Virus record (IMG/VR): IMGVR_UViG_3300033075_001437
Span: 1 to 64,000 of that record
Direction: 5' to 3' (one strand)
Length of the DNA stretch: 64,000 nucleotides
Source: a virus
Lineage: Duplodnaviria; Caudoviricetes
The notes under the pieces are model-generated. The model was given only the letters and a program-made list of their open reading frames with translations. It made no database searches and had not been told where the DNA came from. How positions within the stretch are numbered: the first letter of the stretch is position 1; each line of letters begins with the position of its first letter. The position numbers were made by a program, and so were the translations under genes. This document shows, one piece after another, positions 9,264 to 18,249 of this stretch.

Positions 9264-9525
9264 CATTTTATATATAATTAAAGATCAATTAGAACTATTA
9301 AACTATATATGTGAGATAGATGAGGAAGCAAAAGTTATTTATATAGACTATAATTTCAATTTTTATACGGATCGTAATGTATGCAGTTTCCTATATATTG
9401 ATAATTTATTATCACTTATTGATTTTAAACATAATGTCTCAATATCAATCAATTGCGATACTATAAACAATATTATCAACTACGCAAATAAATTAAAAAT
9501 GGATAGAATGCTGACTTATTTTTAA
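9247..9525 (+). CDS. 'DDIL' paralog family protein 3
   Basis: DDILYIIKDQLELLNYICE. Confidence 0.7.
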   Translation: MTTIDDILYIIKDQLELLNYICEIDEEAKVIYIDYNFNFYTDRNVCSFLYIDNLLSLIDFKHNVSISINCDTINNIINYANKLKMDRMLTYF

Positions 9526-9563
9526 GAAATACAGCTTATAATAGCCGAGAATAAAAATAAATT

Positions 9564-10148
9564 ATGGACACTCAAGGCCAAATAACACCTGACACAAAAA
9601 GAGGCCAAATAATAAAATCGGTATTAAACAATAGCAACTGCCAATCAATATTAGAAATAGGAACATGGAAAGGGCTAGGAACAACATTATGTATATTAGA
9701 GTCAATAAATAATACCTGTAACTTCATAACATTAGAAAGCAATATTGATATGTATAATATTGCTAAAAATAATCTAAAAAATTACAAATTAACAATGATA
9801 TATGGATCAATTGTTAAAACTAATGAAATATTAAAATTTGTAAAAGAGATATCTATTAATGAAGAACAAAAAATATGGCTAGCTGGCGATATCAATGAAT
9901 TAAATAAATGCCCATACGTTTTAGACCTTATACCAAACAAACTAGACTTTTTATTACTAGATGGTGGTGAGTTTTCAACATATTTAGAATGGTTAAAACT
10001 TAAAGATCGATCAACTGTTGTGGCTTTAGATGATATTACACAATTAAAAACCAATAGAATATTTAATGAACTTAAAAAAGATAATAATTATGATTTAGTA
10101 GATATGACTGACGAAGGCAATGGTTTTGCTATCTTTAAGAAAAAGTAA
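9564..10148 (+). CDS. Class I SAM-dependent methyltransferase (Methyltransf_24-like)
   Basis: ILEIGTWKG, FLLLDGG, VALDD motifs. Confidence 0.8.
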   Translation: MDTQGQITPDTKRGQIIKSVLNNSNCQSILEIGTWKGLGTTLCILESINNTCNFITLESNIDMYNIAKNNLKNYKLTMIYGSIVKTNEILKFVKEISINEEQKIWLAGDINELNKCPYVLDLIPNKLDFLLLDGGEFSTYLEWLKLKDRSTVVALDDITQLKTNRIFNELKKDNNYDLVDMTDEGNGFAIFKKK

Positions 10149-10151
10149 TAT

Positions 10152-10496
10152 TTGAGGTTTAATATGTTAATTTTACTCTTATGGTTAGTGCCATTTGATG
10201 ACCCATGTAAACCTATCGTTGATGAAGTTCAAGTATTTGAATATAATCGATATTGGTGTCCTGAGACAGGCAGACTAATTTTAACACAATTTATATTTTG
10301 GGATAAGCATGTTGTGCATTGGGAAATGGAAAAACCATATCATTATAAAGGTAATAATGCTATAAGATTTTTTAATAATACTGGGTTTCGCGAAATACGG
10401 TTTAAGGTTCTTCGTGAAAGCAATACTTATTATGATCCAGAAGTTGAAGATAGAGCTAAATTAGATAAAGATTGTCGTCGCGGTTTGAAACAATGA
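10152..10496 (+). CDS. Secreted hypothetical protein resembling a Planctomycetota-type family
   Basis: Hydrophobic N-terminus; FEYNRY...GRLILTQFIFWD...RESNTYYDPEVEDR...RRGL pattern (family resemblance from memory). Confidence 0.55.
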   Translation: MRFNMLILLLWLVPFDDPCKPIVDEVQVFEYNRYWCPETGRLILTQFIFWDKHVVHWEMEKPYHYKGNNAIRFFNNTGFREIRFKVLRESNTYYDPEVEDRAKLDKDCRRGLKQ

Positions 10497-10994
10497 TTAT
10501 CTAACTATATCTAGCAATTCTATTATAGTGTTTGGATAACCATGGCGTATAACTTGTGATTTTATACCTACAGCAGATGAACCTTCAATATCGCCAAATG
10601 TTGGATTTGCTGTAACCATTAAAGTTTCAGATGGCTGCACACCAAGGTCTTTTTCTATTGCACGATATGCGTCAAGATTATGCGGTTTATAAGCCTTATG
10701 TTTAACAAGGTCGATTATATAATCCCAATTTATTCCGCATTTTTCGGATATTTTGGATATTAGTTCTTTACTACCATTACTTAATGTTACACACTTAATA
10801 TTATATGATTGTAATAATTTTATACCTTGAACAGAATCTGGATGTGGCTCTAAATTATACCAACTTTCTGGAAATTCAAATGGAGTAAAATCGTTTTTAG
10901 TAACGTGGTTTACATATGTTTTTATATCATTTTTATCGACACTGCTCATATTGAAAACAGTGCCGAAACAATCGAACGCTATTGTTGTTATCAT
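10497..10994 (-). CDS. HAD-superfamily hydrolase (haloacid dehalogenase type II-like)
   Basis: IAFDCFGTV, TLSNG, YKP, LMVTAN..GDIEG motifs; ATGA overlap with protease gene. Confidence 0.85.
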   Translation of the reverse strand: MITTIAFDCFGTVFNMSSVDKNDIKTYVNHVTKNDFTPFEFPESWYNLEPHPDSVQGIKLLQSYNIKCVTLSNGSKELISKISEKCGINWDYIIDLVKHKAYKPHNLDAYRAIEKDLGVQPSETLMVTANPTFGDIEGSSAVGIKSQVIRHGYPNTIIELLDIVR

Positions 10995-11698
10995 TTTAGA
11001 CCAAAAAAGTTATTGATCTCTTTGACTAATATATCTTGATATACTTCTGGTGAAAATTTTGATCTCTTTTCGCTGATTGGCTTGATTTTTCTTGTCAAAC
11101 CTTCTCTGATATTCATTATTGCATTTGTAACTGATGGTTCGTGCACAACGTCCCATGTTACAAATGTGAATCCTTCTTGCACTCTATATGTTTCTCTTCC
11201 ACTGCTTTCGACAAGCTCCATGTCGCCTACGCCACGCGAACTTATTCCTATTCTGACTTTATGTTCGAATAGCCCTCTCAAATATGCTCCAAATGGGAGT
11301 TTGTGTAATATTTCGGCTTTGCCGTATACTTTGTTTCCTTCCATCCATACTTTTGATATTAAATGTGACACTCTATCTAAATTTACTTTAGCACTATCTG
11401 GATGGTCTAATTCTCCAACAACAGCTCTTGCTGCTATATCTTCTTGTATGTTTTTAACAGCTGGCATTAAAACACTTTGAGATGGGTAAATGCGTCCATT
11501 TGCATTTTCAGCATCTCCTTCTTGAAACAATCCTTCCATGACTGTTACTTTATCACCATTGATATTTTCAGTCATGGTTTTACTAATTGGCGTAAATTGC
11601 CATGTGTCCTGAATAAAGTTCAAACCTAGTGGTATTGAACCTTTTTCAGCTATTATGCCACGGTTAATCGTATATTTCTTATTTCTTGTGTTTAACAT
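10991..11698 (-). CDS. gp21: Prohead protease, T4 gp21-like
   Basis: NANGRIYP, GELDHP, ISSRGVG, TWDVVHEPS motifs; likely start ATG 11698. Confidence 0.95.
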   Translation of the reverse strand: MLNTRNKKYTINRGIIAEKGSIPLGLNFIQDTWQFTPISKTMTENINGDKVTVMEGLFQEGDAENANGRIYPSQSVLMPAVKNIQEDIAARAVVGELDHPDSAKVNLDRVSHLISKVWMEGNKVYGKAEILHKLPFGAYLRGLFEHKVRIGISSRGVGDMELVESSGRETYRVQEGFTFVTWDVVHEPSVTNAIMNIREGLTRKIKPISEKRSKFSPEVYQDILVKEINNFFGLK

Positions 11699-11699
11699 T

Positions 11700-14621
11700 T
11701 TACTTAGCTGTTGGTGGATTTGTACCAGTACCATCATCTGTCTTTACATCAGGCCCAACTCCTTCTAGTTTGTCACCTTTATTCTTCTTAGGTGGCTTAA
11801 CGTCTGGAGATTTTCTTAAATCGCCTTTAACCTCAGCAGAATACTTCGAATCCTTTGGAGTTGTGATATCCTTATCTTCGACAAGCCCGTCATCTTCAAA
11901 ATTAGGCATTGTTTCGTCAGAAGTATCATCGACAACATCGATGTTATCATCGCTTACCGGTGATACAGAATCAACTGGCTTCATCTCGTCATCAGACTCT
12001 ACATTATCGTCAAATTCAGGTTCAAATGAGTTAACATTATCAACGTCATCTAAACCGCTATCATCTAAACCGCTGTCATCATCTAAACCATCATCTAAAC
12101 CATCATCACCTTCAATGCCAGTATCTATGTCATCAAATTCATCAATATCAGTATTAACAGTGACATTACCACCACTGACATCAATATTTAAAGAACCATC
12201 ATCACCAGCAGTAATTGTGGCAACTGCGTCATCTAATGATTCATTTTCTTCATCACTCATTGGCCGTAATTGTTCTATCGACTCGCCAAGCCAATTTTCA
12301 AAATCTTCTGCGTTTCCGCTTTTCATCAATGCTGCGGCGTATGCACTATTATATAAGTGCTTTGGAATTGGAATTGTAACATTACCGTCTTCGCTCAAGA
12401 TGACAGGCTTCACACTTGTAGATCCGCCATGATCAAGTATAAATCTTACATCACCTAGAACACCTAATTTTGCATTATCTTGTTCTTGAATCCATTTAAT
12501 TTTAGTTGATTTAGACTCATTCACTTCATCTTCTGTGTCATCTGCTGTTTCTTCTTTTTCCTTCTTCTTTTTATCGATAAAAGAATTTGGAAAATCAGCA
12601 ACATCATTCGTGCAAGTCATTTCTTCATTAAAGCAATTTACAACTTGATCTATAGCTCTAACAAGCTTGCTGCCTGGTATTCTTAAACCTATAGCACTAA
12701 TCGATGATTTTGCCATAGGAACTAAATTAGCTTCTAATGATTCACCAACTAACTTATGCTTTGCAGCTAATTGCTTCATAATAGAAGCTGCTTTATACAT
12801 GTCACTTTCAGACAAAATCGGCGCTCCATAATCCATTAAATTACTGGAATTGACTTTGGTCTTGAAAGCATATGGGTCATAATTTTCTTCAATTTCATTG
12901 TTTTCATTGTTTTCAGGCATATCATCGTCATCTTCATCTTTCATTTCATAATGAACAGGACGTGATTCTAACAATTTACCCTTTTTACGGTTTTCCAATC
13001 TATTTCTATCGCCTGGCAATGGGCCTTTAGCCACACCTGGAGCGGCTGGAGCAGGTGTTCCTTGAGCGCCAGGGACCCCACCCAATTCATTATCTATTTC
13101 ACTATTGTCTAATGAATCGTCTACAGAGGCAGCTAGCGGATCATTGTCATCGCCAAGGCCAGATTCATCATCCAAATCAAAATCTGCTGAAACATCGCCA
13201 AGATCATCCTCATCTTTATTAGCAGCAGAACTTGTGCCACCAATTTGAATCAATGGCGAGTTGATATTTATAACTGGCGCACCTTCACCACCATCAGCGT
13301 CAACTAATTCATTAGAATCATCAACGCCGATATCCTCACCGCCGACATCTGGAATATTATCAAAGTCGCTGAGAGTTTCATTAGCAGTCAATTCTTCTTG
13401 GATTGTTGCTATCAAATCTTCAGCTTCATAAATTGCGGCATCGTCAAAATTTTGATCTTTTAATCTTGTAATCAAATTCGACAATTTGCTAGACAAATCG
13501 TGCGATTCTTTAATTTTAGGAGTTTTATCACGTAGACTTTCTAAAGTAGTTGCCAAAGCATGAGCTGTCACATCTCTATTGCTCATAGCTTCAAATATCA
13601 ATGTCAAAAATTTATCATATGAATTTGTGAAATCGTTAGATTCTGACAATTTTTGTACATTTTCTACAAGAGCCATGTGCTCACTTGCTCTTGCTATGTT
13701 TTTCCATTCTTTAACAATCTTAGTTTTATTAACTTTAAGATTTGTTAAATAAAACAACTTAGAAACATCATTGCATAGGCTCTGATTAAAACAGCCGTTG
13801 GCTGCCAAAGTGTTTTCAATTAAAGTCTTTACTTTATTTCTAGTCAATAGAGTAAATTCTTCCATTTCTTCTAAAAATGGAGAAATGAATTTAACAGCAG
13901 CGTCAATTTTTCCTTCTGCAACTAAATTCGACAATTCAGCAATTCTGTTTCTAAAACCTTCTGAATAATATGCGTTTGAAGCTGTAGTTTGCATCTTTCT
14001 AGCAACCAACTTCTTTGATGCCCACTTAGTCAATGGGAATTTAATAGGCTCATCGTTTACAAGGTATGCTTCTTGTATGACGCCATTCTCAACAATAACT
14101 CTGTCAGATAAACTTTCAACAATGACAGATATGATCTTATTTCTGTCTTCACCTAAAATGGTATCACTAATATTGACCTTGCGAAGAACATTGTCTCTGC
14201 ACTTAATGTAGCCAGATTGTGGTACTACACGGCTTGTAAATCTGTGCGATTTCATTGTCGAAAAGGCACTATGCATGCCTTTTTGATCATTTTCTTCAAT
14301 AGCATTGACTAACTTCAAGCATGATTCGTTAAAAAGCTCTTTCTTTTCATTTTCAACAATGTTTAATTGTTTGATATTGTTTATTGTAACCTTTCCGCGA
14401 TCCTTAATATAGTTAGCGGAATAGTATTTATTAGCATTAGTATCTTCAAAATAAATATGTGTTGGATATAACGCAGTTAACTTCCACGATTTATTTTGTG
14501 AATGTCCTAATTGTTTAATCTTGTTTTCAAAGAAAGCGACATTACTTTGTGCTGAATCGTTTAGAGAACCGATAAACTTGCGGCTATCTAGTGTTATTTG
14601 ATTGTTATTTTTCTGAGCCAT
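11700..14621 (-). CDS. Large acidic prohead core / internal protein
   Basis: Between portal and protease; D/E-rich low-complexity tracts; many L/I/V-x-E sites. Confidence 0.6.
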   Translation of the reverse strand: MAQKNNNQITLDSRKFIGSLNDSAQSNVAFFENKIKQLGHSQNKSWKLTALYPTHIYFEDTNANKYYSANYIKDRGKVTINNIKQLNIVENEKKELFNESCLKLVNAIEENDQKGMHSAFSTMKSHRFTSRVVPQSGYIKCRDNVLRKVNISDTILGEDRNKIISVIVESLSDRVIVENGVIQEAYLVNDEPIKFPLTKWASKKLVARKMQTTASNAYYSEGFRNRIAELSNLVAEGKIDAAVKFISPFLEEMEEFTLLTRNKVKTLIENTLAANGCFNQSLCNDVSKLFYLTNLKVNKTKIVKEWKNIARASEHMALVENVQKLSESNDFTNSYDKFLTLIFEAMSNRDVTAHALATTLESLRDKTPKIKESHDLSSKLSNLITRLKDQNFDDAAIYEAEDLIATIQEELTANETLSDFDNIPDVGGEDIGVDDSNELVDADGGEGAPVININSPLIQIGGTSSAANKDEDDLGDVSADFDLDDESGLGDDNDPLAASVDDSLDNSEIDNELGGVPGAQGTPAPAAPGVAKGPLPGDRNRLENRKKGKLLESRPVHYEMKDEDDDDMPENNENNEIEENYDPYAFKTKVNSSNLMDYGAPILSESDMYKAASIMKQLAAKHKLVGESLEANLVPMAKSSISAIGLRIPGSKLVRAIDQVVNCFNEEMTCTNDVADFPNSFIDKKKKEKEETADDTEDEVNESKSTKIKWIQEQDNAKLGVLGDVRFILDHGGSTSVKPVILSEDGNVTIPIPKHLYNSAYAAALMKSGNAEDFENWLGESIEQLRPMSDEENESLDDAVATITAGDDGSLNIDVSGGNVTVNTDIDEFDDIDTGIEGDDGLDDGLDDDSGLDDSGLDDVDNVNSFEPEFDDNVESDDEMKPVDSVSPVSDDNIDVVDDTSDETMPNFEDDGLVEDKDITTPKDSKYSAEVKGDLRKSPDVKPPKKNKGDKLEGVGPDVKTDDGTGTNPPTAK

Positions 14622-14684
14622 TGCGAACCACTCCAGTAAAATAGAAATTGGCTATTACTAAATTTGAGTGAAAATTATTTACAA

Positions 14685-17114
14685 TTATAGATTTGAAACA
14701 ATCAAATCCATTTCATCATCATCTTCATTATCTTCCATAATGACACCAATATTATCAGGTGCATTCTCTGGCCGAGCATCACCGATAGGATTACCCTCAT
14801 TCAATAATTTGTAAACTTCTTCAATAACATTATCTCTACCCTCGGAATCAGACCATTCAACTAATAGATCATCTTTATTATTGTTAGGATTATGTATACC
14901 TTTAATACCACGTTCACTATCATTAACATATGATTCTTTAGTCAAGCCATCTAACTCTTTAGAATCAATATAATGATCAAACCCGCTATTTAATTCATTA
15001 TCATTATCAGCATTTTTATTTAATCTATTAGCCCATTCATTCAATATTTTAGCACGTTTCTTTCTCTTAGATGAATTTTTAATTTCATTTATCAATCTTT
15101 CTTGAGATTTAATATCTAATCCCTCTAAACCATCCATCGGAGTCTGATTACCAGGCGGCTTCGCGGCAGAACCATCATCTACTCCAGCCTCTATACCACT
15201 TAAATCACCATCGTCGTTCATATCATCATCTCCAAGATCATCATCCATTCCAGGAATATCTAATCCACCAGGAGACGCACCAGATAATGATGAACTTTCA
15301 GATTCTTCTTCAATATCTTTAAGCTCCTCAATTTCATCTGGCGATAAATCAGTAAAATGTGTAACAATCCATTCTTTTGGGAACCATCCGATTTCTTTTA
15401 AAGCATCCATAACAGACGTTCTAGTTTGCCATGTTTCTATTCTATATAATTCCTCCATAGCAGAAGTGGCTGTTAATGCTATTTCAAATCCTTTCAAATC
15501 TTCTACAGTATAACCTCTAAGAGCTAAATGCACTATAGCTGGTTTAGTTAATGCACAACTAACTTCTCGCTGTATCCATTGTACTGCTTTGGCAAATTCG
15601 CTATGACTTTGAGATAGCGACTTTTCACTCGCTTCGCCCGATCCTTCGCCTAGACCAACTCTAGCAAATGGTATTTTAAGAGGAGAAATCATCATCTTCT
15701 TAAAATACTCTATATCTTGAATTTTATCAACATTTTCACCACCAGGTAAAGTTTCAACATCTGGGCCACTACCATCGGGTCTTTTAGGCAGAAAATAATC
15801 ATCGTCGCTGATTAATGGAGAATATCTCTCGTCAAAAGTACCGGTTGTCGGATTATAAAATCTCTGCCTTTTAAAATTCCTTGCTATCATGTTCATATAT
15901 TCAGGAATTTCTTTAGCAGGTATTAAACCTACAGGTATAGTAAACTTCCTTCTATCGACAGACCTTGTTAGCCTATATATAAGCGCAGCATCTTCCATTA
16001 ACCTAAGTTGTTTAAATGGTTTTCTGCATCCTTCTAAGATGCTTTTCCCATATGGATGGATATACTTCTCAAAACTGGTTAACCTTATATGCATAACTTG
16101 CCATGGATGCAAAAACTGCGGTTTAGGACCTAATATATCAGTATAGAAAAACCCAACCAAATCGCCATATTTAGTTTCAATTCTAGTAAAGTTATAAACA
16201 TCCATGAAACGCAATGAAGCAACACCATTTCTATTAGCCTCTGGCACTATCTCGAAAGGGCAATCTCCATACTTACATAGATATCTTATAGTCGGCCTAC
16301 AAAATGTATCCCATCTTAAAATATTAAAAAAGAAATTTTCTAATTCCTTTTTAAGTCTTTTATTTCTAGCTTTAATAATCAAAGTCTTTTTTCGTTCTGG
16401 ATCAACTAAAGAACCTTCATCACTATTATGAACCAAAACAAATGAAGTTGATGTGCCAGCTGCAAATGCATGCCCATCATCAACATATAAATCATACACT
16501 TCATTAGCTATACCTTCAAGTTTTTCAACTTTTAAAACTATACTACTAATATGATTAGTATCTTTAATATTTATAGATGTTAAATCATCTCCAGGTATTA
16601 AATCTGACGCACAAACCCAACCACGGCTAGTATAAAATTTATGAGAAGCCGTACAATTTATATATCCGCCATTCCAAGACACTCTAACTAACCTAGCATT
16701 AGTTCCACTAATATGCGGGTTTCTGCCAAGAACTGGTTTTTGCTTGTTTGTTTCAAAATCATACCCATACAACCAAAATTCTTCAACACCAGATTCAGTT
16801 AATTCCTTGATCGTAGGGCATGTACCGTCTAACAATGGTACTCTTGTATTGCCAGACAAGCAATATAAATCAAGTGCTAATGATATTTCACCTTTCTGAT
16901 CCATTAAATCAAAATCTCTATATCTTTCAAGTCTGTTTATATAGATCTGTGTCTGATCTAACAGTGCATTTTGACTATTAAAATCTAATAAATCGCCACT
17001 AGTTATTATTCTATCTAACTGTGGCTGGTCTTGTATCGTTCTTTCAGATTGATATATTCTATTACGTTTTGTTAAAGCCCTAATTCTATCAAATAGTAAC
17101 CAGTTACTTGGCAT
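14685..17114 (-). CDS. gp20: Portal protein, T4 gp20-like, with mini-intein and acidic C-terminal extension
   Basis: QLRLMEDAALIYRLTR, DDYFLPKR, VETLPGG, DIEYFKK, FAKAVQWIQ motifs. Confidence 0.93.
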   Translation of the reverse strand: MPSNWLLFDRIRALTKRNRIYQSERTIQDQPQLDRIITSGDLLDFNSQNALLDQTQIYINRLERYRDFDLMDQKGEISLALDLYCLSGNTRVPLLDGTCPTIKELTESGVEEFWLYGYDFETNKQKPVLGRNPHISGTNARLVRVSWNGGYINCTASHKFYTSRGWVCASDLIPGDDLTSINIKDTNHISSIVLKVEKLEGIANEVYDLYVDDGHAFAAGTSTSFVLVHNSDEGSLVDPERKKTLIIKARNKRLKKELENFFFNILRWDTFCRPTIRYLCKYGDCPFEIVPEANRNGVASLRFMDVYNFTRIETKYGDLVGFFYTDILGPKPQFLHPWQVMHIRLTSFEKYIHPYGKSILEGCRKPFKQLRLMEDAALIYRLTRSVDRRKFTIPVGLIPAKEIPEYMNMIARNFKRQRFYNPTTGTFDERYSPLISDDDYFLPKRPDGSGPDVETLPGGENVDKIQDIEYFKKMMISPLKIPFARVGLGEGSGEASEKSLSQSHSEFAKAVQWIQREVSCALTKPAIVHLALRGYTVEDLKGFEIALTATSAMEELYRIETWQTRTSVMDALKEIGWFPKEWIVTHFTDLSPDEIEELKDIEEESESSSLSGASPGGLDIPGMDDDLGDDDMNDDGDLSGIEAGVDDGSAAKPPGNQTPMDGLEGLDIKSQERLINEIKNSSKRKKRAKILNEWANRLNKNADNDNELNSGFDHYIDSKELDGLTKESYVNDSERGIKGIHNPNNNKDDLLVEWSDSEGRDNVIEEVYKLLNEGNPIGDARPENAPDNIGVIMEDNEDDDEMDLIVSNL
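16425..16862 (-). mobile_element. Mini-intein (146 aa) in portal
   Basis: LDLY/CLSGNT ... CTASHKF (block B) ... VYDLYV ... VHN/S; no endonuclease domain. Confidence 0.92.
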
Positions 17115-17216
17115 TTGTTCACCATTTTAATTATGTACAACTATTAAGTATATTTGTCAAATGAAAGATAACAATGTGAGAAACCACATTATGAAAAATC
17201 AAGCATCATAATTACA

Positions 17217-17780
17217 ATGAAAAACATAATAAACGATCTAAAAACAAACGACAATATACCGTCATACGATAAACAGAAATACTTGACCATGCTAGAAAGC
17301 CAAGACCAATTATTAAATCATATCATAGACAAAATAGAAAACAAAACCATAACATGCGAAGACTTTAATTATCTAATATCAGAAACAACTCCAGAAGCAA
17401 TAAGGGATAGAGTAAGACGAAGAACAACAATCAAAACAAACAAAAACCACTTAGATGATAAAGGCCATCAACAATTATCACTACCAAAATTTAGAGACAG
17501 AATACAACCAAAAAGAGAAAAAGACCCAGGAGAACAATTCAACGGCAGAGGAAAAATAGCGCACAAACAAAGCACACAAACACAACAACGAAAATTTTCA
17601 GAATCAATACAACAATCTTTAAATTTCATCAGCCAAAACAAAAACAAACACTGTGATACTATCCTTGAAAATTTTAAATATAAAACAACTCTATATAAAA
17701 TAATTAAAAAATTGTATATAATAGAAAATACAATATGGTACAAAGAAATAATGGATAAACTACATGGAAAATACGAATAA
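17217..17780 (+). CDS. Hypothetical protein with basic central region, possible internal head protein
   Basis: R/K-rich core flanked by MLE, ISE, FSE, ILE sites; upstream of terminase genes. Confidence 0.5.
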   Translation: MKNIINDLKTNDNIPSYDKQKYLTMLESQDQLLNHIIDKIENKTITCEDFNYLISETTPEAIRDRVRRRTTIKTNKNHLDDKGHQQLSLPKFRDRIQPKREKDPGEQFNGRGKIAHKQSTQTQQRKFSESIQQSLNFISQNKNKHCDTILENFKYKTTLYKIIKKLYIIENTIWYKEIMDKLHGKYE

Positions 17781-18249
17781 AGACGATGATTTATTAAAAG
17801 AAATAGAATCACTGGACATAGAGCCAGCAGAAAACATTGCACTACCAGATGCTTCGTCAGAACCATCACTATCACCATTTATAGAGCCAGATGTTAAAAA
17901 AGAAGATAATATTTTATCTAAATACTTAGATAAAATGGATATCGTAACGAATGAAGTATTAGTGTCATGTAAAGCAGATAGGCAAGAAGCACAACAGATA
18001 ATAGACCTATTTTTAAGTAAAATCAACGCAGCGACAGCAGCACCACCATCTAGAATGTATGTTGATGGATTAGTTAAAGCTATAGAAGTAAAATCTAATA
18101 TTAATATGACAGCTGTTAAAATAATGGACACAAATGCTAAAATGATTGCTGCGACAAAAGCAGGCATAGTTATTAATAATAATACGCAAGTAAATCACAG
18201 TAACGAATTAACAGATATATTGAACTCTGCTCCTACTGACGAAGCATAA
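17764..18249 (+). CDS. Terminase small subunit, gp16-like
   Basis: TAATG-coupled to large terminase; PSRMYVDGLVKAIE...INNNTQVNHSNELTDIL resembles gp16 helices and tail. Confidence 0.65.
   Translation: MENTNKDDDLLKEIESLDIEPAENIALPDASSEPSLSPFIEPDVKKEDNILSKYLDKMDIVTNEVLVSCKADRQEAQQIIDLFLSKINAATAAPPSRMYVDGLVKAIEVKSNINMTAVKIMDTNAKMIAATKAGIVINNNTQVNHSNELTDILNSAPTDEA

Noticed and set aside
11686-12432. 248-aa Ser-rich + strand ORF
   Set aside because: Antisense shadow of the Asp-rich tract of the 973-aa gene (GAT/GAC codons read as Ser/Ile/Val-rich frames)
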